Below are positions 36,881-53,300 of a stretch of 64,000 bases of DNA, piece by piece (the first letter of the stretch is position 1; the number at the start of each line of letters is the position of its first letter). The notes beneath the pieces are model-generated. The model did not search any database, was not told the origin of the DNA, and saw only the letters and a list, made by a program, of their open reading frames with translations. The DNA lies in assembly GCF_009914755.1 (NCBI RefSeq), contig NC_060929.1; one strand, given 5' to 3'. This DNA is from the human T2T-CHM13v2.0 reference genome, Homo sapiens. Made by a program: the position numbers and the translations under genes.

Positions 36881-38289
36881 TATATGAACCCATGAAGCAC
36901 ATATTGCAAAAGTTATATGCTTTGGAGAACATCCTTAAATGTTGGGAAAAATCTCTTTACTATTAAAGAGAATTAAAATTATAAATCTTTAATACACATA
37001 TACCATAATTGTAGCCAAAGATTACATCATTCATATCATTTAATTTTTAACCAAAGCATCCCAGATGTTTCAGTTTCAGGAGGATCATTACCCAAATAGA
37101 GTAAACTCTCTATCTGTCATGATCAGGAAAAGGAATGCGTTAGCTAATCATATTCTCCTTAATAGATATTCCATACTCACCACGTTTGAATTAACAACTT
37201 TCAAATAATTAGAACACATCAATATACATTTAATATCCAATGACTATGAAAACAATCTAATAGCTTTTTTATGATTCATAAGTAGTTTTGGGATCTTATT
37301 ACATCAGAGGTTTATCAATACAGACATCGTAATTTAGACTTGCTAAGGAAGGCTTCTGATTGATCTGCTGTTATATCGCAGAATAATTATACTGTTATAA
37401 TATTTTTGAACTACGTGTTTTAGATACAAAGACTGCTGAAGATGTTCAGGCTATACCTTAATTGTGTCCCACAATCAAAAAGGAATAGATCAAGTGTTTG
37501 CTTAGCTTCCAAGTAGTAAACTAGTTGGTCAGGCTGTGTACTTAAGAAATAACTGGGGGAAAAGAAATGAACAGTAGTAGTAAACAAATGTAAAAATGTA
37601 ATAGGCCAGTGTTGAGTGTCTGTCATGTGTATCTGGCTCTTGGTTCCATAGAAACCACCTGCAATGTGAAGTTCCTTCATTAGCATCTTTGCTCACAAGA
37701 GAAGACAAGGTTGCTCTGATATATTTCTTCTGAACAACTACAACTCACTTTGCGAATACACCTGACATGTACTCTGTATCATTTCAGTGCTCACCCTACC
37801 TCATTGTCAAGGAAACAGACATCAGCACCACTTAGAAAGTGGTAAGAAACCTGTAAAAGAACAGAAGTATACTGTATATTGTGATGGGGTAGAGTCCCTT
37901 TCTCTGAGGGACAACTTCATGAGATTCCAATGTTAATGAATCAAACCCAAACTCACTGCAAAGGATGAAATCAGAGAATGATAGATAAGATGCTATAAAC
38001 AATGCTCACTGATGGCAAAATAATAACAAGGGTGAGCTGGCCTTACATTTACAGATAGGTTTATTAACTAATATACCCATTATACACAACATATAGTATG
38101 CTATGTTCACATAGTGAAAATTGTAAAACTGGCTTAATTCAGTTAGTCATTGTTTTGAAAAACTTAATAACTAAAATCAAGTATATAAGCAATTGACTGC
38201 ATGCAACTAATTTATTTCAATTTAGAAATTCATTTACTTGGGGGATATGTTTTTGTTCAAGTCAATATATTGAAGTGATTAAGGGCTCA

Positions 38290-39110
<821 letters not shown>

Positions 39111-39193
39111 ATCCACGCATTACACATTAGTTACACTACCTGAAGTATATTACTTAACTTATGCTTCTGCCTCATCATCTTTAAAATACTGCT

Positions 39194-39516
39194 GGCCAGG
39201 CATGGTGGCTCATTCCTGTAATCCCAGTGCTTTGGGAGGCCAAGACAGAAGGCTTGAGGCCAGGGGTTCGAAACCAGCCTGCACAACATAGTGAGACCCC
39301 CCTGCCATCTCTACAAAAAAATAAAAAATAATAATAATCAAGCACAGTGGTGTGAACTTGTAGTTCCAGGTACTCTGGAGGCTGAGGTGGCAAGATTACC
39401 TCAGCCCAGGAGTTTGAGGTTGCAGTGAGCTATGATTGCGTCACTACACTCCAGCATGGATGACAGAGCAAGACTTTGTCTCTAAATAATAATAATAATA
39501 GTAATAAATAAAATAA
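39194..39516 (+). mobile_element. AluJ-like with (AAT)n tail
   Basis: Dimer with 'cagcccaggagtttgaggttgcagtgagctatgattgc'. Confidence 0.9.
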
Positions 39517-39904
39517 ATTATTGCTAATAGTATTATGGATATTGTAGAAATGGCATGTGAAAGTGGCTAGAAAATCATAATAATTCAATAAAACCTAGCT
39601 GTTATTATTTTTCCAAGTCTGTTTATGAAAAATCTCAAAGTATTCTTGTCATGAGATGTGGAGAGGCTAACTTGGAAAGTGGCTACTTTAGAAAGCATTC
39701 AAACATAAAGGACTAAATATATACAACAGTTAAAATTCAATGGAACACTAGTTCAATAATTTTTGCATCCTTCAAAAAAGAAAATACTTTACAAATTATA
39801 AAAAGCAATTCCTTCTTCACTGTAAAATGTGTACACAGTCTTTAGTTTTACTCTCCCTATAGCAGAGACATCAACTTCTTTCATAGTTATAGCTAGTTGG
39901 GATC

Positions 39905-40670
39905 TGTGGTCTGTACACAGAAAACTCCCTTCCTAAAGATATTCACCTGCCAATCCTCAGAACCTGTGAATATATTACCATGCTTTGCAATGTATGGGAT
40001 TAAGTTAAGAATCTTAAAATGAAGAGATTACCCAGGTGGGCCCAACGAATCACAAGGGTCCTTATGAGAGGAAGCAGGAAAGTCAGAGTGAAAGAGGATG
40101 TGACAATGGAAGCAGAGGTTGAAGTGATTGGAGGAAGGAGTCAAAAATGAAGCAAAATATGTAGCCTCTAGAATCTGGAAAAGACAAATAAATCAATTCT
40201 CCCCTAAGCTTCCATAAGGAAGGCATCCCTGCCAATCTCTTTTTTTCTTTTTCTTTTCTTTTTTTTTTTTAGATGGAGGCTCCTCTGTCACCCAGGCTGG
40301 AGTGCAGTGGTGTGATCTCCACTCACTGCAACCTCTGCCTCTGAGTTTAAGCGATTCTCCTGCCTCAGCCTCTTGAGTAGCTGGGATTACAGGTGTGAGC
40401 CACCACACCCAGCTAATTTTTGTATTTTTAATAGAGATGTGGTTTTACCATCTTGACCAGGCTGGTATCAAATTCCTTACCTCATGTGATCCGCCTGCCT
40501 TGGCCTCCCAAAGTGCTGGGATTACAGGCATGAACCACTGCGCCCAGCCTCCTGCCAACCTCTTGAATGCAGGACTTCTGATCTCCAGAACTGTATGATA
40601 ATAAACTTGTGTTGATATTAGCCTCTAAACTTGTGATAATTTGTTACCACAAACATAAAAAACTGACACT
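39905..40670 (+). mobile_element. MaLR LTR (MLT1D-like) split by an Alu
   Basis: 'cagaacctgtgaatatattacc...ccaggtgggccc...tctccagaactgtatgataataaacttgtgttg'. Confidence 0.7.
40242..40549 (-). mobile_element. AluS-like
   Basis: Full reverse dimer; near-perfect TSD CCTGCCAA(T/C)CTCTT on both sides. Confidence 0.92.
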
Positions 40671-40671
40671 A

Positions 40672-41092
40672 ATTGTTTTCCTCTGATTTAGCAGATCCAC
40701 TTCCATCCTACTCCGACTTGGTCTGTGCCACAGGAGGCTGACCTCTGGCTTCTACCTGAGATCAATGAATAGAAGGTACTGGCAGGCAATGGGAAGGCCG
40801 TAAGAAAGAGTCCACGGTATTTATCCTTTTGTGACCTTTAGATCACTGCAGTTTTGGTAGTGATATTTTTTCCCTACAGCCACCACTCATAACATCATCC
40901 TCTTTTCCCCAGCTTTCAGGATCCTAGGCCAGGACTCAGAACTCCCCACCGTTGCTAGTCTCATATGCTTCCCTAGCCCTGCTGGATCCCTTAACCTTGC
41001 CCACATTTCCAAACATAATCCCTTCATTAATAGTTGTCTAATTAAACCTTTGGAGTGTGTTGTGTCTTTGATGCCAGTCCACTGATTCAACA
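40672..41092 (+). mobile_element. Old ERVL LTR (LTR33-like)
   Basis: 'ccacaggaggctgacc...ccttgcccacatttc...cccttcattaa...ccactgattcaaca'. Confidence 0.4.
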
Positions 41093-41237
41093 TAAAATAT
41101 ATTTTTCATAACTATTCATTTAAAACTCAATGAGTTGAGTCTTAAAATTCCCCTAAGGTACTCTGAAAGAATACCAAGCTTAAGGAAGTTTAAGACAGCA
41201 TAATGGTTCATCAGTAATTCAATTTTTAATTTTTTCA

Positions 41238-41627
<390 letters not shown>

Positions 41628-41827
41628 TTAAAAAAATTATGATTGCTCATATTTACATATAAAAGTAACACTTATAAAAGAGTTACAAAAATGCTTTCAA
41701 AGAACAAAAAAATGTGTTTTAGGTACTTTTTTTATTAATTAGCAAAGGTATAAAGAAGAATAGAGACACTTATGAAGTTATACAATTTACTGCAATATGA
41801 AGGTCAGATAAATGGATCATTACAGGA

Positions 41828-42129
41828 AGGTAAATAGAATATGATTTTTTAAATGTATGTGCCTATCAGTTGCACATTTATTTTGTGTGCAGTCTATCAA
41901 AACTATTACTATAGTTGCTTTTAAAAACTATATCAATTCAATGCCAACTATCTGGATTGATCAAAAATATTTAGTCAGCCAGGTAAATAATATAATTTTT
42001 AAAATGTATGTGCCCATCAGTTGCACATTTATTTTGTGTGCAGTCTATCAAAACTATTACTATAGTTGCTTTTAAAAGCTATATCAATAAAATGCAACTA
42101 TCTAGATTGATCAAAAATATTTAGTCAGC
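41828..42129. repeat. Two-copy tandem duplication, ~150-bp unit
   Basis: 41828-41979 and 41981-42129 share 'atcagttgcacatttattttgtgtgcagtctatcaaaactattactatagttgcttttaaaa' and 'gattgatcaaaaatatttagtcagc'. Confidence 0.92.
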
Positions 42130-42420
42130 TGGGCATGGTTGCTCATTCCTATAATGCCATTATTTTGGGAGGCCAAGGTGAGAGGATTGCTTGAGGCTAG
42201 GAATGTTAGAGACCAGCCTGAGCAACATAGTGAGACCCTGTCTCTACAAAAAAAGTTTTTTAAAATTAGCTAGGCATGGTGGCGTTCACCTGTAATCCTA
42301 GCTACTCAGGAGGCTGAGGTGGGAGGATTGCTCAAGCTCAGGAGTTCAAAGCTGAAGTGAGTTATGATTGCACCACTGCACTCCAGCCTGGATGACAGAA
42401 TGAGACCGTGTCTCTTAAAA
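42127..42420 (+). mobile_element. AluJ-like, eroded tail
   Basis: 'gctgggcatggttgctcattcct...gaggattgcttgaggctagg'. Confidence 0.88.
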
Positions 42421-45400
42421 TGAAATGTCTATTTTCTAGAGATTTTTCTCTCATATGAAAATAAATACCAAAAATGACTGTCACTTTACATCCGGCTCTT
42501 TTGAAATTATATATAGACAGACCAACCAAATTATGCCCTGTAAGAACTGGGTCAAAGTTGCCAATAGAAGGAAATCTATTTTATGTATTTAAATGACAAA
42601 CATTTACACTTCGTTCAATTAGGTAAGTTAGGTAAAGTAATAATAAATCATAATTCTTAAAACTCTTCACCAGTCCCTCAAATTGGTTGAATAACGGTAT
42701 TTCATACAAATCATGGAGTTATCTCTCCATCTCCCCAGTACCAAACCCTAGAGGTTAACTTCTGCTCTAAGGCATATGGTGAAAGATTCTGGAAAATACA
42801 GCCAAAGTGGGCTGGGGAGATTTTACACATGAATTAAAATTGTCTTAGGTTACCATTTTGCTATAGCTTCTACCTCAACTCGGAACTCCGCTCGCCTCTT
42901 CCTACCTTATTCATGAACGAATATCACAAAAGATAACACGATTTGTAGATGACTGAATACACATTATTGTTCCTGGAAATGCTACAAAGAGTCTTACATA
43001 TAGAGACACAATAGAGTCAGTTCTACATTCTCACTGAAATGAAGGTACAAGAACAGGCTTTACTCTAGATAAGGCATATTTTTAAAATGCCTCGAGTCAA
43101 AGTATTGTGACATACAAAGCCAATTAAATATGCACATTAAGATTATAATTTTAGAACTTGCATTTACCTATAAAATAGGTTCCTATCTCTACAGGCATAT
43201 GAAGAGCAGAAAAGATTTATGCCCATATTGTCTACACTAATCATTTGTTTAAACTACCCTGAGCTGCTTTCCTTAAACGTACTGGTGGTACTCGTTAGTA
43301 AAATATCATATAACGTGCCTGAAGTGTACAAGTAAGCATGAGTGCTTGCCTTTCTAAGGTCAATTTAACATTTTTACACAATATTATAATAAATAATTTG
43401 TGCTTAGCAAAGAAACTAAAGATAGGTTTCTAATTAAAATATATGATAATTGATGTCTTTGATATGAGGTTTAACTCCATTTTAACTTGATGTGTATTTT
43501 ATTATAATGTGTGTGGAGTCTACATTATAATTTTGTAATATAATATTATGCATTACACCATGGCTGATACTTATATACGTACATTAGTGAATATGTGCTT
43601 ACATTAGTATTTATTTGCATATTATATAATATGATATAATATATTATTTTCCTAGGATCACTGAGAAAATAATAAATCTATATATTTCTGTGGAGCTAGA
43701 ATAAATCATCAGCAAGTCATTAACAATTAAACCCCTAGTGTATTTCCCAGTCTTAAGTCTTCTGACATTTGAACAGGAATTGACTATCACTACCACCAGT
43801 AATAGTAACAAGAGTAAAATAATAGTAATAATGTTATCACTACTATTGTAACTATACTGCTTATAGAACTAATCTGTTTTATATTTACAAATTATTTTCA
43901 CATCAATTATCTTATTTTTTCAGATCAACCATGTGTATTAAAATGTAATATTTAATGGTAGAAGAACTTATTGCAGTAGTAGAAAAAGAAAATTTGCTTT
44001 GTTTATGTCTCATCTGTATTGCAACTAAGACTTACACTTTAACCTTCTTTAGGAGTAGACTTTCCATTTCTGCTTTTATGAAATCTGCTTCTTTATTGCT
44101 TCTTTATGAAGCAATTACCTGCAAAATGCTTTTTCTGGTTTGGTGCTGGAAAACCAACCAAACTCTAAATGATATGGGGCTGCCTCAACCCACCAGAGAC
44201 ATTACCTGAGAGTAATAAATGCACTTCAACAGCCTGATAGGTATTGGGAACAAGCCTTAAATAGACAAATCAGGGCTGGGAGAACTTGTCCACTCCCCCA
44301 CCCACCCATTTTTCGGGCCCTTGAGCTTTGTTGGAACCAGCATGGGCATCCAAATTCTCCCCATAGAGTTTAGAGACTGATAAGATGCCTCAGCAGGGTC
44401 CTCAGGCATCCTGGCCACAGTACCTGACTGAGCAATAGAGGACAGGTTAAGAAGTGGAGGATGCTAAAAATCAACTTGCTTCATCATTCCGCCTTCTCAA
44501 GAGTCATTCTTTTCCTTTCAATTTGCCATGTGAACTGGACATGAAGCAGTATTCCAGTTTACAGACTGTGGAAGGCAAGCGGATAGAACACCTGTCAAGA
44601 ACAAAGACCAGAAGACGGAATGGTGAATTTGGTCCCCTATTGTCTGCTAAGCTGATCAACAGTAATTTCTTACTAATGTCAAGCAAGGACTAGATGTAAA
44701 CTGCATGTTCTGTGGCATCTTTCCAGGAGTTACAGAGGCGAAAGAAGGTGCAGTAGCATGCCTACATTACACCTTTTTGAACCATATTACATGGAAAATT
44801 TTGTGAGAGATTTCATCCTTTGAATACTGGAATTCCATACAGAGATAACTTTCATTTTCTGCATTTTCTTCCCAAGAAATTACAAGTTATCTTAACTAAT
44901 GTAGACAAGCAGCCCATATTCCCTTTCAGATAACTCCAATTACTTTGTAGATAAGATTTATAACACTTGCTTGAAAGACTAGAAATGTGAGATACATACA
45001 TTTTCCAGTGGGAACTTCAGAATAAGCTTGGAAGGGGCCTCTTTCTCCAACAGATGAGAAAAAAAGGCTAGCTGCTGGAGTGGAGTGTCTCTTGCTCCAG
45101 CTTTAGAGAGAAAATCATTATAGACAATGTATTTTGGACCAAGAACGTTTAGAATACTAGATAAGAAGAGAATCTCTCTGTAAATGCTAGAGGAGAGCAG
45201 AACTGTTCTTCATTTTGTTTCTGTTGGAAGTATTTATTTGCCCACCCAAAAAAATTCCCAAAGCATAGCTTATTGAGATTATTTTTAAAAGATAAATATT
45301 TAGAAGAACACAACATACTCAACATATTTTTAGAAAATGTTGATATTAGCAGCAGCAGCTAGTTGTTTATTTTATACAATTTTGAAACAAAGACTAATCA

Positions 45401-45826
45401 AGATAAATCCTACAAACTCTAACTTGATACTGACTCAGAATGTGAGAGCTGATGCTTTCTCTTTAAAAAGTATATATATTATGTATGTTATATACATTTT
45501 CTAGACATAGTTATGCTTTCTCTTTAAAAGTATAGTTATATAAAATACATAGAAAACATGCATTTCATATATGTATGTGTATACATTTTCACATATATAA
45601 AACACATGTCCTATGTTGATAGGAGAATATATATAGCTCCCACCAACAAAGGCCATTTTTTGCACGACATTGAAATGTACCTAATAAAGTCTGGAATTAT
45701 CAACCACAGCATGACCCTACATAATATGAATTATATGTGTAATGGACAATTTATAATTCTTCTATCCCCAATGCAATACAATATATTATCTAATTTGCAT
45801 CTTTTTTTTCTCATCAGAGATGTTCT

Positions 45827-46441
45827 TTGGGATGAAAATAAAAGCAGCCCCTGACATATGGGAACTGGTCTGACACGTAACAGCTGGGTCTCAGCATTGT
45901 CAGAATTTGGCCTGGCTCTCATAGCCAGGGCTTGATGTTCTCCTCTTGGACCAAAACATTCTCAGGGAATATCAGCATGAGACGAGGTAACTCTGTGACT
46001 GTGAAGAAGTGATACAAAAAGTGAGACCATTCATAATTTTGTCTAAGCACAAGACAAAAACAAGGTCACTGTAGCAACCACAGAAATACCAAACATCTCG
46101 CTCTCCTGGCTAATTTAAGTGATTGCTTCTGCTTTACCAGTTACAGCTTTACTTTCCTTCTAGTCTTTCCTCCTTCTGGAAAAGATTTATTAAGGTGCTC
46201 AATAATAGAATTATCTCCATTTCCTGATAGCATCCAATCCAAAGTGAGCAAACCCCCATTTCCTTGAACTCTCCCCAGATCACCCAAACAAAGCGCAAAT
46301 TCTCTAAATCCTAATACCCTCTTACTAAGACACTCCACAATACCCCATGATGTGTAGTCTCCCTTGTGGCAATGAACAAGGAACCCAGCTTGTTCAAGTG
46401 CAGGTGAATTCCTGGTGATATTTGGCTGGGGGTCATTAACA
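45827..46441 (+). mobile_element. ERV1 solo LTR (MER67-like)
   Basis: 'aaaataaaagcagcccctgac...gcatccaatccaaag...cttgttcaagtgcaggtgaattcctggtg...ggctgggggtcattaaca'. Confidence 0.5.
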
Positions 46442-46615
46442 AAACTTTTCCAGAATATTATGTATTGTATGATTTGATTTATAGTACATAGAGATGTGTA
46501 TAGGTTTATGAATATACAATTATGTATGTTATTATATATAATACATACCTATTTGTATTGTAAATCCACACTTTTTGTCCTTTTGGGGCTAGGATAATCA
46601 AAAAGTGGCTGCTAA

Positions 46616-46998
<383 letters not shown>

Positions 46999-47003
46999 TC
47001 AAC

Positions 47004-47345
<342 letters not shown>

Positions 47346-47527
47346 TAAAAGACATAATTTGTAAAATTAAGGGAAATAATTAAGTATACTTTATTATTTT
47401 CCTGACATTTCCAGAGCTTGTAACAGGAATTGTTTCGTTGCAAGTATTAGAGATGTGCCTGTCTACTCTGGTGAAAGAAATGAAGGGCTTATCATCTTAA
47501 TGTGCAGGAAGCCCACAGGTAAAGAGT

Positions 47528-48179
47528 TGTGATAGGCAGAATTCTAAGATGGCCTCCAGCAGTCTCACTTCCTGTTATACATATGTCATTTGAGTGTGGA
47601 CAGGACCTGTGAATATGATAGGATGTCACTCTCATGATTAGGTTACATTATATGGCAAAAGTGAAAGGACTTTGCAGATGTAATTAAGGTCCCAAATCAG
47701 TTGATTTGGAGTAAACAAAAAGGGAGATTATCCTGGGTTAACGGACTTCATCAGGTGAAATCCCTTAAAAGAGGAGAGAAATTCCTGAAGAGAGAAAGAT
47801 TCTACTGTTGGCCCTAAAGATGCTAATAGCCATGATATGAGCTATGGAGATCAAGGTCCTAAACTAGTTGCTGACAAGTAGTCTCTGACCAACAGCCAAC
47901 AAGAAAACAAAATGGAGACCTCAGTCATACAACTGCAAAAAAAATGAATTCTTCCAACAATCCAAGTGATTTCAGAAGCTGATTCTTTGCCTAGTCAAGC
48001 CTCCAGATGAGAACGCTGCCTGGTTAACACCTTGATGATATCCTTGTTAGACCTTGGGCAAAGGCACTGGTCAAGCCATGCTCAGACTTCCGACCCAAAG
48101 AAACTGAAATAATAAATGGATGTTGTTTTAAGCTGCTAAAGTTGAGGTAACTTGTTATACAGCAATATATAACTCCACA
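47528..48179 (+). mobile_element. MaLR LTR (MLT1E-like)
   Basis: 'tgtgataggcagaattctaagatggcc...gactttgcagatgtaattaaggtc...ataataaatggatgttgttttaagctgctaaa'. Confidence 0.75.
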
Positions 48180-49914
48180 GTCCAAAGACAATATGATGGT
48201 TCTTGAAAATAATCAGTGATCCAGGCAACACCCATTGCATCTGACTTCCATCCTCGGTGTCACCCCAAAGTGAAAAGAGGGTGATGGAATTCCAGCCACA
48301 ATACCCAGGTTCTAGTCAAGAAGAAGGGAAAGAAAAAAATGTCAGAGAAGTTTGTGCCAGTTGTCTGTCTCCCTTGTAAGTAGTTTTCCCCGAAGACTCA
48401 CATGGCAACCTCTACTTATCAGCCACTTCTAGCTATAAGAGAGGCTAGAAAACAGAGTATTTTAGCTGGGAATATAGCCAATAGGTAAACAAACACAAAT
48501 ATCAGGATTATATTAGAAAGGAAGAATGAAGTCAAGGGAACAAGGACTTTTTTTTAAACAAATAGCAATCTCCTCCTCAGAGAGGAAAAAAAATAGGAAA
48601 AATTTTCCTCACATCAATCTTTTAATGTGAGTTTTTGTTTTAAAAGTTTCTGATAAGAGAAAATTTTCAAAGCAGAATGCTTCTAGCAAACACAGAAATA
48701 TATTACAAGACATGTCAGCTGTGTGCCTCTGATCAGAGTATAAAGAAAGAATTCTAGTCAATACTAATGCTCTTAATCTAGCTCCATCTCCTCTGACCCT
48801 AAATGCTTCATACCCATCCCTGTCCTTAATGAAGCTATTTGCTCCCTCACTGGGTACATGTCCTGCCCTGTGGAAAGACTCACAAATATGATCCACAAAG
48901 AAACTGACTGATCTTTTCCCTGATCAGTGATGTTTAAACCCCAAATCCAAAACATGAAAAGAAATAAATCTTGTATTTAAACACATCCCAGTTAAATCAT
49001 TTCCCTTCTTCCTTCCCTCTGCCTCACAGAAAAGTCTGTCTGTGGCTGATTGATTTACCATAGAGCTGATATGACTACTTGAAAATCAGATATTGAAGTC
49101 AGCTCATAGCAAATTAAGTTTATGAGGAAAAAGGAGTGGGATATGGACATGCTGGAGCCTCATTCACAAGGGCCAGAAAGAGAAGGTGGCAAACCTGTCT
49201 GGAAAGACTTGGGGTGCAGCCAAGTCTCAGAGGGAGTGCCCAATGGGTATGAAGAACTCAGATATGGATCAGGCTGACTCCAGGGTCCCGTGGGCCAAGA
49301 GAACAGGGTACCCAGGAAATGGTGTCTTTGTTCAGGCAAGCATTTGGGTGAACCAGCAGTTGATGTCTGAGGAAGTTCAGCCAAAGGCAGCAGGAGCCCA
49401 GCTATCTGGCTGGGAGACCATTTGATAATTCACCGAAAATTTGTAGAGACAATAGTTCACAGTAATGGTCCAGATATGGACTCTCTCCTCAAAAACTTTT
49501 TTTTTTTTTTTGAGTCTTGGAAGATGGTGGCAAACCCTATATGTAAACAAATTATAAAGTGATGTGTTGAAAAAAATAATACAGAGTGCTAGGAATTACA
49601 GAATTAATTTGACTTTGGGGAAAGCAAAATATAGAGATGTTTTCTGGGAAGCCTATCTTGGGATCCTGAAGAGTAGTATTACAAGATGGGAAAGTGCTTG
49701 AAATTGTAGTATTAGGCAATAGAAAATTCAGATTGGTATTCCCCAGTACCCACTGACCAAACACCAATTAGGCTGAGCTAAACTCCTTTTTTTCTCCCTT
49801 CAAGTACCTTATTTCATAAATACAGTGCTGCGTATTTGCCCTTTCCCCTTTATTGTAAAAATTATGTAATACTACTACTAATAACAATAACAAAGAACAG
49901 GACAACACAATGCA

Positions 49915-50345
49915 GTTTCTTTTCTATTTTTAATAGCTTTATTGAGGTATAAATGATACACAATGAACTGCCCATATTTAAAATATATAATTTGGTAAGC
50001 TTTGCCACAGCATACCCCCATTAAACTACCACAATAAAAATAAGGAATATAAATTAAGGAATATGTCTATCACTTCCAAAAATTTCCTCTAGTCCCTTTT
50101 TAATCTCTGCCTTTCCCATCTACCCTTCGCCTACTCCATCCCACAGTCACCACTCATCTGATTTCTTTCACTATCAGTTTGTCAAACACTAGTTTGTATA
50201 TCCTAGAGTTTTACATAAGTAGAATTATAGAGTGTCCATTTTTGTTCTGGCTTCTTTTACTCAGCATATTGAGACTCACCCACCCATGTTAAAGTATGTA
50301 TCAGTTGTTCTTTCAATTGCTGAATAGTATTCCATTGTGTATCAT
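49915..50345 (-). mobile_element. L1M (L1MB/ME-type) 3' end fragment
   Basis: 'aatagctttattgaggtataaatgatacacaatgaactgcccatatttaaaat...ctggcttcttttactcagcat...gctgaatagtattccattgtg'. Confidence 0.75.
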
Positions 50346-53300
50346 TTATTTTTAGGTTTATCATCTTTATTTCCTTTTCAACTCCTTCTTTCCTTCTTTT
50401 TTCTTATTATTGGCATGCTTATTATAGAAATCTTCATAATGGTACAAATGGGTAAAGAAGCAGGAAAAATCAATTACAGAAAGCTTTGGCATTAAATAAC
50501 CAACCAACAAAACTAAACAAAACCTCCTGAAAACTAAAGAGTCTTTATGATTGTCAAAGTAGTAAATCTTTCTTAGAGTTATTTGAGATGCTTTGACAGA
50601 TATAGAGGGGCTACCATTTCAGTCTGGGTGGCCTTGCCTAGAGCCCTCTAAACTGCACAATTTAGTGGCGCCTATTCAGTCTTCCAAAGACTGTCATGTA
50701 ACATGTTTTGCTTATACAAATGATCTCAATGAAGGGAGATTATGAAATGAGGCAATATGTTAAATCTAGAAAGACAAGGGAAATACATTAAAAGTAAGGT
50801 CCTGGAAAGCCACAGGCTAACAGCTACCAATAATATTTTTTAAATGGTATTACCCCAAAGTGAATGTCATGAGAACTGAGGGGGAATGCAATTTTGATCA
50901 CGTGTGTTATCAGGAGTATTTCTACTGTTGAAACACAAATTATTATTTTTTTAACAGTAAAAAATCCTTAGGTGTTCTCCATCTGCCGTGGGAAACACTC
51001 CGCAGCTGCTTCTTTAGCCTAGCAAAGATCAACCTGACCTTGGCCAACCAGCTTGTACTTTGAAGAGTGTATTTTGTGAAACCTGTGAGTAGAGAAGGAT
51101 TCATGCTTGGCAGAATTTGTTGTCTCTTTTGCTCAGTATCTTACCATGATTAATCCCCAATCCATCTTTCTCTGCTGCTGCTGTTGCTGCTGTCAGACAC
51201 ATATTTCTTCTCCATAACAGACGCTGTTCCAACGTTGCTGGATTCTGGCTGGGTGTGACCTTTTATGGGGCACTGCTGCCTCCTATCAGGCTTTTATGGG
51301 CATGTTGGTTTATGCACATGTGCAGGCATTCTGACCTTGTGACCTCCAGAATAGATTCTAAGAGAACAACTGTATCTGATTTTTCTGACATTTTGGGCAC
51401 CCAAACTCTTCCCAAGTGCATAGGTACAATGAATACTCCCTTGTGGTTTGGGTTTACATTCTTCTCACATCAGAAGAACTCCTCTAGGAGAATGTGAAGC
51501 CAGATCAGAACTGCTAACATAACAACAGTGTTGCTGGCAGCCTTTCAAGTTGTTTTGCATAAACTTGAGCATGAGGCAGTGTTTTCACAACATCTTTCCC
51601 TTTTTATTGTGGTTTAAGTAAGCAGTGCAAATACTTGAATTACACTTTCTGATATAACCACGTCTGCAGAAAGGGCAATGGCTAACAAAACTCTGGAAAA
51701 CTTTGAAACCATTTTTTAAAATTCCTTCTCAGATCTGGTCTTTTTTCTTTTCTGAATCCTGAATCTTATTGTTAGATAAACCTAGTTACATTAAAAAGAG
51801 AAATCCGTATTGTGATATTTCTAGTACTTTTAGTTTGTATTTTCTGTACTGACAGTGTACTGACAGTTTACTGATAGTGAGGAGTTTACAAAGGTGAACA
51901 GTCTAGTATGATTAAAGATGCGACAGAAGTTTTTAAAATTATTGCCAAATAAGCTGCTTTTCTACCATTAAAAAAAACCCCTCAACTCAGATTTTAAAGT
52001 TTTAAATGCCAAGTTAAAATAATTATGAATCTACTGTTCCCTAGTTCCATCCACTACCTATTTCGGATCTGGGTTTTGCCCTTAAACGCCTATTCTATCA
52101 GAATGAACTGGGTCACCACGCCCTATTTCTTTATGTTCCTCTTGACATTTACTCCATGTTTTCTTTTTCTAAATAAGCTTTCTCTTTCTGTTTTCAAAAT
52201 TGAATACTTTTCTCATCTTAGCCAAGCACCTATTTTCACTCTTTCTTCTGCTAGCTAATAAAGTCACCCACACTCAATTCTTTCTCCAATACTATATTCA
52301 AAAGTGTGATTTTTTTCCATCCACTTACATTTTCCTCTGCTTTAAGAGCTCTACTCATGTTTCTTCCTCATTGATGGCCTAGCCTAAAAGAAAATGCTTG
52401 CCCTCACATGGTATATCCAAAGTCACATCAGATCTGCTATGGCTCGGGTATAGGACAACGAAGAGACGTATCACGTGACATTAGGGACAACTATACGAAC
52501 ACTTCAGAATTGGAAGAAACACATCGTCAAGACCTAAAAGATATGGCTTATATTTGTTCATACATTATATGAGAATCCAAAGTCAGTAAAACTATATAGA
52601 GTGGTTCTCATTGTCACCAATGGTTTGTGCAGCTTGTAACACGGAGAGTATAGAATAAATCTAAAGACTGGGCCAAGAAGATAAAATAGCACATTGTGCT
52701 ATGTTCTGAAGTGAGACATAAAATAATTTGGGTCCTGATATTTAAGTGAAAGTCAGGAGGATTCTACTTATGGGTAACGACATAGTTTCCGATTCAGCAT
52801 TACTGTTCAAGATGCAGGGATCTTCCTGGGCTAGTACATGTATCTGGAAAGAGGAGGGAGAGTCTTAAAATATAGCATAGCATCAATTTAGCAACATTCA
52901 AGTAATGGCACACATCATATGATAGTTCAGTGTGTTTATAACTAGACTGAACTCTCCAATAATAGAGTGATAGCTACATATGTGTTACACATACATGAAT
53001 CCTATTATTACTATATTTTGGTAATAGGTCCTTAAATAGACATTATAGAAAGTAAAGCAGCTTGTTATATTTGCTTTTCCATTTTTTATAAATTAGGAGG
53101 TGATGAAATTATCTACTTATATTAATTTCAATATATTAATATTTGCATTTAAAGATCAGCACAATATTGTTAAGCTACAAAAGTTAAACCATACTTATTC
53201 CTTACACATTGCCTAGGACTTATTCAGGTTTTATTTCCTGCTGAAATGATGTGACTGAAGGTTTCAGAATAATAAGTGGTAAAACACACATTGACATGCA

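Noticed and set aside
43501-43531. Inverted repeat ATTATAATGT...ACATTATAAT
   Set aside because: Low-complexity AT-rich region
51845-51879. Three 11-bp tandem units (tgtactgacag)
   Set aside because: Short slippage repeat without spacers; not CRISPR-like
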